A stretch of DNA of 64,000 nucleotides from positions 672,001 through 736,000 of the forward strand of contig CAVYGB010000008.1 in the NCBI GenBank assembly GCA_963767925.1. Reading direction: 5' to 3'. Under the pieces are notes generated by a model that was not told the DNA's origin, searched no databases, and saw only the letters and a list, made by a program, of their open reading frames with translations. The position numbers were made by a program, and so were the translations under genes. Below, piece after piece: positions 20,128 to 30,518 of this stretch. Within the stretch, counting starts at the first letter, position 1; the number at the start of each line of letters is the position of its first letter. This DNA is from an uncultured delta proteobacterium (GTDB taxonomy: Bacteria > Myxococcota_A > Polyangia > Fen-1088).

Positions 20128-21414
20128 ATGCGTCCTCGGTTCCGCGGGTGTGGCTGGCGGCTCGCCCTGCTGCTCGCCCTTCACCTCCTGCCGGTGGAGT
20201 CCGCGCGGGGTGCCGGGCCGGTGGCCGAGGCCGAGGTGCTGGCCGCCAGCGTCTCGCCCGACGGCGCGGCCCGCCTGGCGGCCACCGCGTCGCTGGCCCG
20301 GCTGGCGACGCCCGCAGCGCGCGACCGCCTGAGGTTGATGGCCCACGCCGACCGCGACCCCCGGGTGCGGGTCTCGGCGATCCGCCTGCTGGCCGGCAGC
20401 CGCGACCCGGAGGTGGGCGGCTTGCTGCGGGCCATCGCGGTCAACGATCCCGACCCCACCGTCCGCGGCGAGGCCGCGGGGGCCCAGGGGCGGGTCGAGG
20501 CCTTCGACCGCCGCCCCGGCCGCGCCGCCGGGTACGGGCTGCTCTGTCCGGGCTGTGGCTACTTCTACCTGCGCCAGCCCGGACAGGCGGCCCGCTACCT
20601 CGGCGCCACCGCGGCGCTGCTGGGGACCGGCCTGGCCTTGCTGGACGGCAGGGGATCGCCGATGGGGGAGGGCCCCGGCCCCCGCATGCAGCCGACCACC
20701 GCACCGCTGGCGCTCCCCCTGCTGAACGCCGCCCAGAACCTGTGGTTCTACGGCGTCTTCGCCAGCTACCGGGACGCGCGCCTGCGCCGGGGCGACGAGG
20801 GCTACACCTACCCGGTCAGCCGGGAAGAGCTCCCCGCGCTCGCCCTGGCCCCCTTCCGTCCCTCGGTGCTGTCCCGCCCCTGGTTCTGGGCCGGCCTGCC
20901 CGTCCTGCTGGGCGCCGCGATCGCCTACTCCGCCGTCCTCGAGCCCGACGAGCCAGGGCGGGGCAACCGCACGCTCGGCGAGGGCGGCGGCGTCTGGTTC
21001 CTCGGCCGCCGCTTCGGCACCCGCACCGGCTTCGCCCTCGGCGAGGCCTACTTCGGCGGCCTGTTCCTGCCGGTGGGGGTGGGAGAAGAGGCGCTGTTCC
21101 GGGGGGTCCTCCAGCCGGGACTGAGCGAACAGCTCGGGCTGTGGCCGGGCTGGGCGCTCGCCTCGGTCATCTTCGGCGCGATCCACACCTTCAACTTCCT
21201 CGGCGAGGAGGACGGCCTGCGCATCGCCGCCCGGGCGGTCCCCTTCATCACCGCCACCGGGTCGTACCTCGGCCTGGTGGCCATCCGGACCGGCTTCCAG
21301 CTCGAGACCAGCGTGGCGTTGCACTTCTGGTACAACTTTCTCCTGGGAACGACGGGCTTCCTTTTCGACCCGGATAACCAGCCGTTCGCCCTGCGTTTCG
21401 GATTGCCGTTTTGA
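20128..21414 (+). CDS. HEAT-repeat plus CPBP (Abi/CAAX-like) intramembrane protease
   Basis: Signal peptide; HEAT repeats; EEALFRG, FGAIH, HFWYN. Confidence 0.8.
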   Translation: MRPRFRGCGWRLALLLALHLLPVESARGAGPVAEAEVLAASVSPDGAARLAATASLARLATPAARDRLRLMAHADRDPRVRVSAIRLLAGSRDPEVGGLLRAIAVNDPDPTVRGEAAGAQGRVEAFDRRPGRAAGYGLLCPGCGYFYLRQPGQAARYLGATAALLGTGLALLDGRGSPMGEGPGPRMQPTTAPLALPLLNAAQNLWFYGVFASYRDARLRRGDEGYTYPVSREELPALALAPFRPSVLSRPWFWAGLPVLLGAAIAYSAVLEPDEPGRGNRTLGEGGGVWFLGRRFGTRTGFALGEAYFGGLFLPVGVGEEALFRGVLQPGLSEQLGLWPGWALASVIFGAIHTFNFLGEEDGLRIAARAVPFITATGSYLGLVAIRTGFQLETSVALHFWYNFLLGTTGFLFDPDNQPFALRFGLPF

Positions 21415-21417
21415 TAT

Positions 21418-22719
21418 ATGGTCGCCGTGGCCCCCGCTCCGGTTGCTGCTCTCCTCGTCGCGATCGACATGGGCTACGGCCACCTGCGCGCGGCCATCGC
21501 GCTCGGCAGCGCCCTCGGCCTGCCGGTCTCCTGCATCGATGAGGAGCCCCTGGCCGACGCGGCCGAGCGCCGGATCTGGGACCGGACACGCCGGGTTTAC
21601 GAGTTCGTGTCGCGGGCGTCACAACTTCCGCTGGTCGGTGGTCCCTTCGACTTCGCGCTCGGCACCCTCACCTCGATCCCCGCGCTCTACCCGATGCGCG
21701 ATCTGTCGGCCCCCACCATGCCGGTCCGCTACCTGGCGCGGTCGGCGCGCAAGGGCCTGGGCCGCGGCCTGGTCGAGCACCTGCGCCGGACCGGCGATGC
21801 CCTGCTGACGACCTTCTACGCGCCGGCGGTGCTCGCCGACATGGCCGGCTGCGAGCGGGTCTTCTGCGTCGTCACCGACGCCGACGTCAACCGGATCTGG
21901 GCGCCGCCCGACGTGACCAAGACCCGGATCCGCTACCTGGTCCCGGGGCACCGGACCGCCCGCCGGCTGCAGGCCTACGGGGTGCCCGCCAGCCAGATCT
22001 CGCTCACCGGCTTTCCCCTGCCGCCCGAGCTGCTCGGGGGGCGCGACCTGCCGGTGCTCAAGCAAAATCTGGCTGCCCGCCTCAGCCGCCTCGATCCCAC
22101 CGGCGCCTTCCGGGGCGCCTACGGCGACGAAGTGGACCACTTCCTGGCCACCGCGCCTTCCCCCCAGGCCAGCCGCATCCCGCTCGTCACCTTCGCGGTG
22201 GGCGGGGCGGGGGCCCAGGCCGGCCTGTCCCGGCGGTTCTTGCCCGGGTTTCGCCGGCCCATCGAGGAGGGGCGGCTGCGGCTGGCCCTGGTGGCGGGCA
22301 TCCGGAGCGAGGTGGCGGGCATCTTCCAGCACGCGCTCGAGGAGGCGGGCCTCGCCGGGCACCTGGGCAAGGGGGTCGAGATCCTCCACGAGCCCGATCA
22401 CCTCCGCTACTTCCGGCGCTTTCACGCCCTGCTGGCCGAGACCGACGTGCTCTGGACCAAGCCGAGCGAGATGACCTTCTTCGGGGCCCTGGGCCTGCCC
22501 CTGCTGCTGGCGCCCCCCGTGGGGCGCCACGAGTCCTACAACCTGCGCTGGGCGCGCGAGGCCGGAGTGGGGCTCAAGCAGCGCGACGCCCGCTTCGTGG
22601 CCGAGCGGCTGCTCGACTGGATCGACGACGGCACCCTGGCGGGCGCCGCCTGGTCCGGCTTCATGCGGCTGCCGAAGTTCGGGACCTACCGGATCGCCGA
22701 CCTGGTCACAGCCGGTTGA
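21418..22719 (+). CDS. Putative GT-B fold glycosyltransferase-like protein (MGDG-synthase-like)
   Basis: DMGYGHLRAA, VVTDAD, TGFP, TKPSE, E..N motifs. Confidence 0.6.
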   Translation: MVAVAPAPVAALLVAIDMGYGHLRAAIALGSALGLPVSCIDEEPLADAAERRIWDRTRRVYEFVSRASQLPLVGGPFDFALGTLTSIPALYPMRDLSAPTMPVRYLARSARKGLGRGLVEHLRRTGDALLTTFYAPAVLADMAGCERVFCVVTDADVNRIWAPPDVTKTRIRYLVPGHRTARRLQAYGVPASQISLTGFPLPPELLGGRDLPVLKQNLAARLSRLDPTGAFRGAYGDEVDHFLATAPSPQASRIPLVTFAVGGAGAQAGLSRRFLPGFRRPIEEGRLRLALVAGIRSEVAGIFQHALEEAGLAGHLGKGVEILHEPDHLRYFRRFHALLAETDVLWTKPSEMTFFGALGLPLLLAPPVGRHESYNLRWAREAGVGLKQRDARFVAERLLDWIDDGTLAGAAWSGFMRLPKFGTYRIADLVTAG

Positions 22720-24112
22720 GCGGCCCGGTCCCCATCGCGGTGTAGCCGTAGCTGTCCACCGAGACGCCCAGGCTGCGGGCGATGCTCACCAGCAGCTTGG
22801 CGTGGGTCTCGTTCTTGCCGCCCATGCCCTGGTTCTTGTAGCTGAGGAAGCGCCCGCCCCGCAGGCCGGCCCGGGCGCCGCCCGCCAGCACGAAGGGCAT
22901 CTGGTTGTGGTCGTGCAGGTCCCCGTCGTTGATGTCCGAGCAGAGGAACAGCACCGTGTGGTCGAGCAGGTTGCTGTCTCCGTAGGGCACCGCCTTCAGG
23001 CGCTGCACCAGCTCCGCGAAGCGCTCCATGAAGAAGCGGCGGTATTTCGTGTAGAGGACGGCGTTGGCCCCGGCGGGATTGACCCCGTAGTGGGAGGCGT
23101 CGTGGTTGCCGAGGTTGCCGTTGAGGCCCGGCACCTTGGTGGGGCTGACCGCGTGAGACCACATCAAGGTGGTGACGTGGGTGAGGCTGCAGGAGAGGGC
23201 CAGCACCATGAGGTCGGTCTGCAGTTGCCCGACCACCGTGAAGTTTTCGGCCTTGTGGTAGCTCTTGGGGTAACCGGTGTCGACGTTGCGGTAGCCCACC
23301 CGGTTGAAGCTGCTGGCGTCGCAGGCGGGGGCGGGGGTGCCGCCGCTGCCAACCGGAGGCATCACCAGCCCCGAGAGCCTGTTCTCCACTTCGCGCAGGG
23401 ACTGCAGGTGGGTGTCGAGGCGGGCCTTCTCGGCGGTGCCGAGGCGGGACTGCAGCGACGTGAGATCGCCCCGCATGGCATCGAGGATGCTCTTCTTCTG
23501 CTTGCCCACCAGATCGACGCCCCCGCCCGGCATGCCCCCGCCCGGGGCCGGCAGCTGCCCTCCGAACACCCGGTTGAACACGTTGAGGGGATTGTCGTCG
23601 GGCTTCACCTCCTGGCCGGTGCCGATGAAGGAGAAGCTGCCCGAGCCGTTCTCGAAGTTGGTGGCCACCCCGAGCTGGAGCGAGTCGAAGGGAGCCGAGC
23701 CCTTGAGCTTCTGGCCCAGGAAGACGTCGAGCGACTGGGGCGCGGTCGCCGTGAGCACCTTCTTGGTGCCGCCGGGGTGGGTGGGCTCGCCGCCGGGCAT
23801 GCCCACCCCCTCGAAGAAGATGCAGTCGTTGCGGATGGCCGAGAGCGGCTCGCTCATGGTCGGCAGGGTGAAGTCGGTCTCGCTGCCCTGGGGGTACCAG
23901 AGGGAGGGGACCACCCCGTCGGGCACGAAGATCGCCACGAAGTTCAGGGGCGCCGCCGCCTGTGCCTTCGAGGTGCGGCCCAGCCAGGGGAGCTGCAAGG
24001 CGGCGCCGCTGGCGATCGCCCTGTGCAGGAAGCCCCGGCGCGAGATCCGGTTGTGCGAGGAGCTGACCGCCCGGATCGCCGGCTGCGGCCTCTGCGGCTT
24101 GTCGTATTTCAT
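22706..24112 (-). CDS. DUF1552 (HXXSHH-type) Tat-exported protein
   Basis: SRRGFL Tat motif; FVPDG, NHDASH, LLDHT...H.H.QMPFVLAGG. Confidence 0.88.
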   Translation of the reverse strand: MKYDKPQRPQPAIRAVSSSHNRISRRGFLHRAIASGAALQLPWLGRTSKAQAAAPLNFVAIFVPDGVVPSLWYPQGSETDFTLPTMSEPLSAIRNDCIFFEGVGMPGGEPTHPGGTKKVLTATAPQSLDVFLGQKLKGSAPFDSLQLGVATNFENGSGSFSFIGTGQEVKPDDNPLNVFNRVFGGQLPAPGGGMPGGGVDLVGKQKKSILDAMRGDLTSLQSRLGTAEKARLDTHLQSLREVENRLSGLVMPPVGSGGTPAPACDASSFNRVGYRNVDTGYPKSYHKAENFTVVGQLQTDLMVLALSCSLTHVTTLMWSHAVSPTKVPGLNGNLGNHDASHYGVNPAGANAVLYTKYRRFFMERFAELVQRLKAVPYGDSNLLDHTVLFLCSDINDGDLHDHNQMPFVLAGGARAGLRGGRFLSYKNQGMGGKNETHAKLLVSIARSLGVSVDSYGYTAMGTGPLNRL

Positions 24113-24115
24113 CAG

Positions 24116-25840
24116 CTAGGACCCCCCGCGGGCGAGGAAGGACTTCTGTCGCACCACCTCGAGCATCAGGCTGCGGATGTCGAAGCCGCTCTGCACGAAG
24201 GCGGTCTGGAGCTGGCGGATGGCGCAGGAGTCGCGCCCGCCGTCTTCACCGCCGCGGGCGTAGCGGAACATCTGGCGGGCGAAGCAGGCCTGGGCGTTGG
24301 GGCTGCCGGCCAGGATGCGGGCCAGATCGGCCGGCCCGTCGAAGGGCTGGCTCGTGTCGGCGTTCAGATCCTCGAGCCCGTTGACCTGCCCGCTCGCGTC
24401 GATGGGCTGGCCGTGCTCCTCGGAGCGGTAGGCGGCCACCCCGTCGTAGCGCTCGAACCCGAACCCGATGGGGTCGATGAACTTGTGGCAGCCCTTGCAC
24501 ACCTCATCGGTCGAGTGGCGGGCGAAGCGGGTCCGGGTGGTCAAGGTGGGATCGAGCCCGGGGGGCATGATGTTCAGGCTCTCGGGCGGCGGGGGCAGGG
24601 TCTGGCACATCAGCCGGGCCCGCACGAAGACGCCGCGCCGGACGGGGGAGGACTCGTTGGGGTGGGCGTGCATCCCGAGGACGCTGCCCAGGAGCAGGAC
24701 GCCGCCCCGGGGGCCGGCCTGGGGCGTGGTGCGAGACGGGATCTTCTGGGCGGTGGCGCCGCCCCCGGCCAGCCCGTAAAAGCGGGCCAGCGGCTGGCTG
24801 GCGAACACGTAGTCGGCGTTGAACAGCTCCTCGAGCTTGCCGGTCCCCTCGAACACGGCGTGGCTGACGAAGGCGTCCTGTTCCTCCACCATGGCCCGGC
24901 GGACGGCGTCGTCGAAGCCCGGGTAGACGGTGGCGTCCTTGTTGGTGAAGAGGAACCCGTCGGTGCCCAGCCACTGCCGGAAGAAGGCCAGCACGGCGGG
25001 CCGGCTGCGGGGATCGGCGATCAGGCGGCGGGCCGCGGCCTCGAAGCCGTCGGGGCGGCCGAGGGCGCCCGAGCGCGCCGCCTCCAGGAGCTGGTCGTCG
25101 GGGGTGGTGCCCCACAGGAAGTACGACATCGCGGTGGCGACCTCGTAAGGGCTCAGCTTGTAGGTGCCGTCGGCCGTCCGTTCACCCATCTCCGAGCGGT
25201 AGAGGAAGTAGGGTGAGCTGAGCATCGCCCGGACCACCAGCTCGATCCCCTTGTCGAACGACCCGCCGGTGACGGCGGGGGCGAACATGGCCAGATAACG
25301 CGTGATCTCCTCGTTCGAGAGGGGGCGGCGGAAGGCCCGCTGCCCGAAGCTGGTCACGAAGGTGCGGTCGCAGCCCGCGGCGGGCGCACAGGGCGCCAGG
25401 CGGGTGCGGCTGAGCGGGATCGCCGCCACCGCCAGCCGTTCGGCGGTCGCCAGGTATTCGTCGAGGTGGCGGTTGGTCACCACCGAGGCGCCGGCGTTGT
25501 TGTCGAACCCGTCGACAACCGATTCGACCGGGAGGTTGTCCACGCTGGGGCGGGGGACGCCGAGCAGATCGGTCACGGTGCTGGCGTATTCGGCGCGGGT
25601 GAGCAGCCGCAGGCGGCGCGGCCCGGGCACCTCCTCGCCCTGGCAAGCGGCCATCGCCCCGGTCGTGGGCGGGGCGGACGCCGGCGGGGGCGGTACCGGG
25701 TTGGCGGGGTCCGAGGGATCGGAGGGATCGCCGGGGGGACGCACGCCGGTCGGGGGCTCGAAGGGAACCGGTCCGATGACCGCCCCGTTGCAAGCGAGCG
25801 GCAGCAGGGCGACGAGACCGAGGCGGAACATTTGCGTCAT
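24116..25840 (-). CDS. DUF1592/DUF1588-family cytochrome-like lipoprotein
   Basis: Lipobox PLAC; RLLTRAEY, SPYFLYRSE, SSPVRRG, CKGCH...IDPIGFGFERYD. Confidence 0.9.
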   Translation of the reverse strand: MTQMFRLGLVALLPLACNGAVIGPVPFEPPTGVRPPGDPSDPSDPANPVPPPPASAPPTTGAMAACQGEEVPGPRRLRLLTRAEYASTVTDLLGVPRPSVDNLPVESVVDGFDNNAGASVVTNRHLDEYLATAERLAVAAIPLSRTRLAPCAPAAGCDRTFVTSFGQRAFRRPLSNEEITRYLAMFAPAVTGGSFDKGIELVVRAMLSSPYFLYRSEMGERTADGTYKLSPYEVATAMSYFLWGTTPDDQLLEAARSGALGRPDGFEAAARRLIADPRSRPAVLAFFRQWLGTDGFLFTNKDATVYPGFDDAVRRAMVEEQDAFVSHAVFEGTGKLEELFNADYVFASQPLARFYGLAGGGATAQKIPSRTTPQAGPRGGVLLLGSVLGMHAHPNESSPVRRGVFVRARLMCQTLPPPPESLNIMPPGLDPTLTTRTRFARHSTDEVCKGCHKFIDPIGFGFERYDGVAAYRSEEHGQPIDASGQVNGLEDLNADTSQPFDGPADLARILAGSPNAQACFARQMFRYARGGEDGGRDSCAIRQLQTAFVQSGFDIRSLMLEVVRQKSFLARGGS

Positions 25841-25992
25841 CACGGGAGAGCGTTCCTCCATCGCACCTTTATCTATTGTCACGGGGCCCCGGCTTGTCTC
25901 ACGGCCGAACGGCTCATTGGGCCGGATCTTTCTGGTCCGGACGCGCGTCGCGTTGCCTGGTCGAGCAGCGCCGACTATCATCGGAGCGCCCG

Positions 25993-26739
25993 ATGCCGGA
26001 AACCATCACCGCCGATAACCTGGTCGACCGGACCTTCAAGAGCAAGGGCGGTCTGTCGCTGCCGTACCGCCTCCACGTCCCGCTCGACTACCTGCAATCG
26101 AAACGTTATCCGCTGCTGCTCGTCCTGCACGGCTCGGGAGAGAAGGGGACCGACAACCGTAAGCAGCTCGCCAACGGCGTGCTCGCCTTCTGCGATCCGC
26201 GGCTGCAGCGCAAGCAGGCCGCGTTCGTGATCTATCCACAATGTCCCGAGTCGGCCCGCTGGGTGGAGGCGCCCTGGGCCGAGGGCCGCTACGACCTCAC
26301 GCAGGTGCCGCTGAGCGCGCCGATGTCCGCGGCCCTCGAGCTGCTCTCCGCGCTCGAACAGGAGTTCACGATCGATCCTGCGCGCCTGCTGGTGGCGGGG
26401 CTGTCGATGGGTGGCTACGGCACCTGGGACGCGATCGTCCGCTACCCCGATCGCTTCGCGGGGGCGATGCCGATCTGTGGCGGCGGGGATCCCACCCAGG
26501 CGGCCGCGGCCAAACGGGTGCCGGTCTGGGCCTTTCACGGGGCCAGGGACACGGTCGTGCCGGTCGCGGCCTCGCGCTCGATGGTCCAGGCCCTGCGCAA
26601 GGTGGGCGGTCGCGTCCGCTACACCGAATTCGCCGGCGTCGGCCACGACGCCTGGAACAAGGCCTTCGCCGACAGCAAGGCGCTGGCCTGGCTGCTCGGG
26701 CAACGCCGCCGCCCGGCGCCGCCGGCCCGCGGCGGCTGA
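25993..26739 (+). CDS. Alpha/beta-hydrolase (predicted peptidase/phospholipase)
   Basis: LHGSGE, GLSMGG nucleophile elbow, HGARD, GHDAW. Confidence 0.88.
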   Translation: MPETITADNLVDRTFKSKGGLSLPYRLHVPLDYLQSKRYPLLLVLHGSGEKGTDNRKQLANGVLAFCDPRLQRKQAAFVIYPQCPESARWVEAPWAEGRYDLTQVPLSAPMSAALELLSALEQEFTIDPARLLVAGLSMGGYGTWDAIVRYPDRFAGAMPICGGGDPTQAAAAKRVPVWAFHGARDTVVPVAASRSMVQALRKVGGRVRYTEFAGVGHDAWNKAFADSKALAWLLGQRRRPAPPARGG

Positions 26740-26885
26740 TCCCCGACCTCGCCGCCCGCATCGTGCGTCGAGCCGTCCGGCTCCCTGCGACGGAAGCACG
26801 ACAAAGCTGACAGACCCCCCTCAAAGTCGCGTGGTGAACGCGAGGGTCGGGGCGGTCCCCGGGCGGTCGGGGGCGTTTTTCTGCG

Positions 26886-26901
26886 AGGCACGGCCCTTGC
26901 T
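26886..26901 (+). promoter_or_regulatory. sigma54 (-24/-12) promoter
   Basis: AGGCACGGCCCTTGCT, near consensus, upstream of the GGAGG SD and ATG at 26925. Confidence 0.75.
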
Positions 26902-26924
26902 GAGCCCATGGCCCGGAGGCGTTC

Positions 26925-29900
26925 ATGGCTCACTCCCTGAAGAACAAGCTGATCTTTCTGGCCTGCGCGGTCGGCCTCGCGTCCTGTGGCGACGCGGCAG
27001 GTCCTGGCGGCAATCCCACCGGCGGTGGACCGAACCCGGGGAGCAACCAGCCGCCCGCCCAGCCCGGTCAGACCGACTTCACGACCGAGGAAGCCGGCGG
27101 CAACGGCCGCCCCGAAAATACCTCGACCGGCAACGGAGGCGCCGCCGGTCCCCTCACCCCGCCCGCCGCGGCGCCCACCCCCGGCGGGGCCCCCGGCGAT
27201 GGCCGGGCTGCCGCGCCCACGCCGCCCGCCGGCCGGCTCGGCGACGTCGAGGAAGCGGACATCTACAAGGTCGACGGCAACCGCCTCTTTTATCTGAACA
27301 CCTACCGCGGCTTCATGATCTACGACGTCAACGACCCCAAGAACCCGCAGCGGGTCGCGCGGTTGCCGGTCTACGGCTACCCGATCGAGATGTTCATCTC
27401 CGGCAACACGGTCTACGCCCTGCTGCGGGACGCGCTCTACCTGACCCAGGTGGGCGATCGTCCCCAGTTCGAGCGGCACAACGTCTCGCAGCTCGTGGTC
27501 ATCGACATCGCCGACCTGGCCAACCCCAAGGTGGTGCAGACCGTCGACATCCGGGGGCAGCTCCGGGAGGGCGTCTCCCGCAAGGTCGAGAACACGATCT
27601 ACGTCGTCTCCTACTACCCCCGCAGCTACTACTGGGGCTGGCAGCCCGATCCCAACCAGATGAAGGAGCAGGCCTGGGTCTATTCGTTCGACGTGGCCCA
27701 GGCCCAGAACGTCCGCAAGGCCGGTGAGCTCAAGATCTTCGAGGGGGGCAGCGTCACCATCCAGCAGGACGGCTACCACTACGACCGCAGCTTCTCGAGC
27801 GTGGCCATCTCCGCCACCGCGAACGCCCTCATGGTGGTGGAGAACTGGTCCATCAACGCCTACTCCAGCGGCCCGGCCGGAAACCGGGGCGAGTGGAGCT
27901 GTGGCAGCTACAACAGCACGCAGCTCGCCAAGGTGTCGCTGGTCGACATCAGCGATCCCAGCGGGGCGATCAAGCTGCACGCCCAGTTCGAGACCGCCGG
28001 GGCCCTCACCGACCAGTTCAAGATGACCTACGACAACGACCCCCAGGCCCGCACGGGGACGTTCTACGGCATCTTCGCCCGCCAGGTCTGGGCCTCACGC
28101 GGCTGCCAGGGAGAGTCGTACACCCAGAACACGCTCGAGTCCTGGGACGTCAGCGTGCGGGGCAGCCCCAAGCGGCTCGACGAGCTGGCCTTCGGCAAGC
28201 CCAACGAGACCGTGCGGGGCAGCGCCTTCGACACCGACCGCAAGGTGGCCTACGCCATCACCGCCGAGCAGATCGATCCGATGTACGCCCTCGGCTTCGC
28301 CGACCGGACCGACCTGAAGAAGCTGTCGGAGATCGACGGGCTGTCCGGGGACATGTCGGTCTTCCGGCTGGTGGGGGACAAGAAGTACCTGCTGGCGGTC
28401 GGGCAGGACGCCAGCGTCGCCTGCACCGGGTTCCAGGACAGCGAGGGCTGGCGGGCTACCCGCATCGCGGTGAGCCTCATCGACGTGCAGAACCTGAACG
28501 ACATCCGGCTGGTGCAGCGCCAGTGCGTGGCGGTCAAGAACGCCGACTGGATCGGCTCGGACGTGTCCAACAACCTCGACCAGGCCCACAAGATGCTGGG
28601 CATGCACTTCGACGGGCAGGTCAACGTCATCACCGTGCCGGTCTATTACTCCCGGCGCATCGGCCAGGAGAGCGACTGGTCCTGGGGTCACCGCTGGGAG
28701 ACCGCGGTCGGCCTCATGACCTGGGACCTGGCCAAATACAACCCCCAGCTCGCGCCCCAGCAGCAGAACGTGATCGAGAACTTCGGCACCTTCGTGCACC
28801 CGCACGGTGAGGTGAAGCGCTCGATCGTGTTCACCCACCAGGGTGCCACCCCTCGCCGCATGATGATCAACCTCTCGGACACCCACGTGTCGGTGGCGGA
28901 TCTGGCAGACATGCGCAACCCGACCCTGCAGGCCGAGATCGAGGTGGCGCCCTATTACAACCAGATCTACAGCTTCGGCTCGTACCTGGTCGAACAGGTG
29001 CAGGCCAAGCCCAGCGCCTGGGGCAACCCCGGCCAGGACCTGCTCACCTTCCGGGTCAAGAAGGCGGGCGGGAACCTCGACGAGGCCCCCATCGTCGCCA
29101 GCCTCGACGTGGGCCGGGTGTACCGCGTGCTCAAGCACGACAGCAGCCTCGTGCTCTTCCGCCAGCTCGACCAGGGCCGGGTCGATCAGCGGGGCATCTA
29201 CCTGCCGCCCACCAACGAGGCGGTCGTGCTCGACCTGACAGATCCCACCCGGCCCCGGCTGGCCGGGCGGATCAGCGTGCCCCTGCTGCAGGTGCCCTAT
29301 TACCGCTTCTGGTGCGGCATGGACGCCTATTTCGGCGGGTTCTGGTTCGACCAGGTCAACAACTTCGCCATGACCGAGCGGGGGCTGGCCTTTCAGGTGA
29401 GCGAGTGGCGCTCGGACAACGACCGGTCCTGGATGGTCAACAAGCTGGTCTTCCTCGATCTGCGCGACCCCGACGCCCCCGCCGTCAGCGAGCAGGCGCT
29501 CCCCGACACCGGGAGCTACGAGTGGGGCAGCTTCGGCATGGTGGCCGACCCGATGGCCCCCGACGGCTTCTGGGTGAGCTACCGCCGCAAGATCGGGGAG
29601 ATGACCACCCGCGAAGGGCTGGTCTACACCCGCTACAAGTACTTCGCCCAGCGCTGGGAGCCGGAGGGCGCGGGCTGGGCCGCCCGGTACGACATCAACA
29701 CGCCCGGGCGCCTGATCCGCACCTGGCAAAAGGGCGGGGGCGCCGGCGCGGGCGCGCGGATGTTCCTGGCCCAGGACTCCTCGTACCGCGTGGTCACCGA
29801 GGGGCAGAACAGCAGCTACGTCTCCGACTACCGGCTGTCTCTCCTCCGCCAGGTCGAGGTCGGCGGCAAGCCGGCCGCCGAGTTGCTGGGCAGCCGCGTG

Positions 29901-30446
29901 CTGGAGAACCTCTCGCCGGGGGGCCTCATCCTCGAGGGCGACACCCTGCTGATCAACGGCAAGCCCGGGCTCAACGCGTTCTGGGGCGTCGGCGGTGGAG
30001 GCGGGGTCGCCCCTCCCGGCATCTCCCGTCCGGCGGTGGGGGCGGTGACCTCCGCCCTCCTCGAGACCCCGGGCTGGGAGACGACCTCCGACCGGCTCAT
30101 GATCTTCGACCTGTCGGACAGCCAGCTCGCGCTGGTCTACGACGAGCCCACCCGCATGTACAACATGCAGCTCATGGCGGCCCACGAGGGCAAGCTGTTC
30201 GTCAACCTCGGCGGCAACGCGGGCTACTACGACCCCTACGGCGGCGCCGGCGGCGGTGACGGCATCCTGGTTGTCGACGTCAGCAACAGCCAGGCTCCGA
30301 AGGGCATCAAGTTCCTGCGCACCCTGGGCTTCGCCACCCACCTCGAGTTCTTCGGCAACGACGTCTACGTGGCGGCCGGTCACTTCGGCCTGTTCCACCT
30401 CGACCTGGCCGCCGCCCCGGCCATCCCGGCCGAGCCCATCCAGTAA
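26925..30446 (+). CDS. Large beta-propeller-domain lipoprotein (Beta_propel family)
   Basis: Lipobox LASC; Pro/Gly linker; VEEADIYKVDG motif; repeated (I/V)D(V/I).DP..P blades. Confidence 0.8.
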   Translation: MAHSLKNKLIFLACAVGLASCGDAAGPGGNPTGGGPNPGSNQPPAQPGQTDFTTEEAGGNGRPENTSTGNGGAAGPLTPPAAAPTPGGAPGDGRAAAPTPPAGRLGDVEEADIYKVDGNRLFYLNTYRGFMIYDVNDPKNPQRVARLPVYGYPIEMFISGNTVYALLRDALYLTQVGDRPQFERHNVSQLVVIDIADLANPKVVQTVDIRGQLREGVSRKVENTIYVVSYYPRSYYWGWQPDPNQMKEQAWVYSFDVAQAQNVRKAGELKIFEGGSVTIQQDGYHYDRSFSSVAISATANALMVVENWSINAYSSGPAGNRGEWSCGSYNSTQLAKVSLVDISDPSGAIKLHAQFETAGALTDQFKMTYDNDPQARTGTFYGIFARQVWASRGCQGESYTQNTLESWDVSVRGSPKRLDELAFGKPNETVRGSAFDTDRKVAYAITAEQIDPMYALGFADRTDLKKLSEIDGLSGDMSVFRLVGDKKYLLAVGQDASVACTGFQDSEGWRATRIAVSLIDVQNLNDIRLVQRQCVAVKNADWIGSDVSNNLDQAHKMLGMHFDGQVNVITVPVYYSRRIGQESDWSWGHRWETAVGLMTWDLAKYNPQLAPQQQNVIENFGTFVHPHGEVKRSIVFTHQGATPRRMMINLSDTHVSVADLADMRNPTLQAEIEVAPYYNQIYSFGSYLVEQVQAKPSAWGNPGQDLLTFRVKKAGGNLDEAPIVASLDVGRVYRVLKHDSSLVLFRQLDQGRVDQRGIYLPPTNEAVVLDLTDPTRPRLAGRISVPLLQVPYYRFWCGMDAYFGGFWFDQVNNFAMTERGLAFQVSEWRSDNDRSWMVNKLVFLDLRDPDAPAVSEQALPDTGSYEWGSFGMVADPMAPDGFWVSYRRKIGEMTTREGLVYTRYKYFAQRWEPEGAGWAARYDINTPGRLIRTWQKGGGAGAGARMFLAQDSSYRVVTEGQNSSYVSDYRLSLLRQVEVGGKPAAELLGSRVLENLSPGGLILEGDTLLINGKPGLNAFWGVGGGGGVAPPGISRPAVGAVTSALLETPGWETTSDRLMIFDLSDSQLALVYDEPTRMYNMQLMAAHEGKLFVNLGGNAGYYDPYGGAGGGDGILVVDVSNSQAPKGIKFLRTLGFATHLEFFGNDVYVAAGHFGLFHLDLAAAPAIPAEPIQ

Positions 30447-30518
30447 GCTTCCGCGGGAGCAGAGCGCCGGCCGGATGGTTTTCGGCCCCGTCGTGCCGGC
30501 GCTCGGCTCTCTTTCTTT

